From Azolla caroliniana (Eukaryota; Plantae; Polypodiophyta), in the NCBI GenBank assembly GCA_043228905.1, contig JBHGNT010000014.1, forward strand, positions 20,150,001 to 20,214,000: a DNA stretch of 64,000 nt. Direction: 5' to 3'. Numbering within the stretch: position 1 is the first letter of the stretch; each line of letters opens with the position of its first letter. Positions 62,520 through 64,000 of the stretch are shown piece after piece. The notes under the pieces were generated by a model. The model was not told where the DNA came from, searched no databases, and worked only from the letters and a program-made list of their open reading frames with translations. Position numbers and translations under genes: made by a program.

Positions 62520-64000
62520 CTTCGTGTAGTGGCTTCCCGCCAGCTCGTCTTCCAGGTGCGTGGTGCGCACCTCCACCGGCTTCTCCGGTTCCAGCTCCAT
62601 CGAGAGCCTCTTGCGCTTCACCAAGTCTACGATAGAGTCGTGGAACTCCCTCTTGGCGATTCCCAGCACCTCCCGCAATGACAGCTCCACATTGTTGTCG
62701 AGGAAATGTTCCTCTAGGACTTTTCGCAGGTCTGTGGTCCTTTCGATCTCGATGCTCAACCGAAACCCCGCCTGCTTCTTTCCGTCCGGCGTGCTTGGGT
62801 TGCCGGCACCGGTCAGTTTCGGTCCGAACCGGGTCTCATACCTCGGGGGGCCGGCCCCTCTGGCCTTTCCTGCTCGTTTGTCCTCCACCAGAACCTCCTA
62901 GTTCTAGCAAGCGGCTTCTACGAAGCCCATTTTCTCTTCGACTGAATCGTCCCAACCGGTGACCTCCTGGACCCGCTGTTCCGCGTGGTCCGCTTCTTCC
63001 TTCCTCAGCCGAACTCCGGAGAGGCCTTCTAGCACTAGCGGCCAGAATCCGGAGTCCTTCGCCTTACGGGTCTCATCACCCCCGACCCGAATTCCCGCTG
63101 ACACCGAGTAGTTGACGGCTTCGACGTGCCGTGCCGCGGCCTCTTCCATCAACCTCTTCATTCCGCCGCGCCCCGTATTCAGTTCTAGGGCTCTCCGGGT
63201 CTCGCTCGCGTGCACCCGCCCGTTCTAGAGGTACACCACGTTGGTCCTGAGCGCGTCGACGAAATCCGCGCAATCCTTCCGAATGTGACCGATCGTGTCA
63301 CACCACATGCACCGCTGCCCAGCCGGCGGCCTCCGGTCACGAGGTTGTTCACCGCTGTCTCTCCGGGCATGTGCGATCTACAGGTCATGCACCATCTGTG
63401 TTAGCTCCTCCAGAGCCGCTCCTCCGGATGGACCTCTGACCACGTCGTTCGATGCCGACCCCGACTCCGGCCAGATTCAGGTCTCTTCCTTCCTCCCAGT
63501 CGGCACCGAAACCGGCTCCTCAAGCCTCCTCCCCGGGACCGGCCTCGACCCCGACGTGCTTCCGTTGTTCCAATCGCGCCGTTTGTCGAAACGGCTGCAG
63601 ACCCATTTTACCACGGCCCAGTCCGTCATGAGCCCTTCGTCCGTTTCCAATAGGGAGCCCACCTTTTCCCCGTCGAGCGCATCCACCGACTTGACAAACA
63701 GTACTACTCGACTTGTTTCGAGCACCGTCCGGTCTAGCGTCGACAGCCGCGCGAACTGTTTTTCGAACTCCTGGAGGAGCACCGATGTGTTCCTCCCTTT
63801 TCCGGGGCTTTCCACCCACGCCATGAAGTCCCGCCTCGACAGCCGGAGCGAGTCGTCAAACCCGTACTTCTCGAGGAGCGAGTGGTCAAGCCCGGTGTCA
63901 CCACTCGAGGGAATCCGGACAGCCGCCTGTCCACTGGGATATCCCTCATGATCATTTCAGCCCGGTAAGCCTCCAAATAACTTGTGGCGTCTTTCCCTCC
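62520..64000 (-). mobile_element. Gypsy element C, gag segment (continues beyond the right edge)
   Basis: ORFs 63734..63976, 63477..63824, 62904..63215 and 62508..62888 match A gag. The segment joins 51628 when D is removed. Confidence 0.88.

Noticed and set aside
33000-64000. Many 60-360 aa antisense or alternate-frame ORFs as novel genes
   Set aside because: Expected shadows of GC-rich gypsy coding sequence and LTRs, with no independent domain motifs.

Overview
Eukaryotic, land-plant genomic DNA. The element repertoire suggests a non-seed plant such as a fern, but that is inference only. The window has two compartments. (1) An AT-rich gene island (~3.6-27.7 kb) carries two minus-strand genes: a myosin-binding/GTD-binding (zein-binding) domain gene and a complete 16-exon API5 (apoptosis inhibitor 5) gene, plus LINE and copia relics. 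(2) A GC-rich nest of LTR retrotransposons (27.7-64 kb) holds two Ty1/copia elements, one near-intact with a 5-bp TSD, and at least six insertions of one tRNA-Trp-primed, chromodomain-less Ty3/gypsy group. A probable solo LTR of the same group lies at 2.1-3.6 kb. The most notable signals are in this gypsy group: every readable insertion flank is a 4-mer centred on CpG (NCGN); a conserved GGAUUUU slippery site plus predicted H-type pseudoknot joins Gag-protease to RT-RNaseH-integrase; a hairpin with compensatory base changes sits next to the PPT; and a pol-less, Gag-only partner element keeps the PBS, PPT, LTR termini and hairpin. Coordinates were read by eye and may be off by a few bases.
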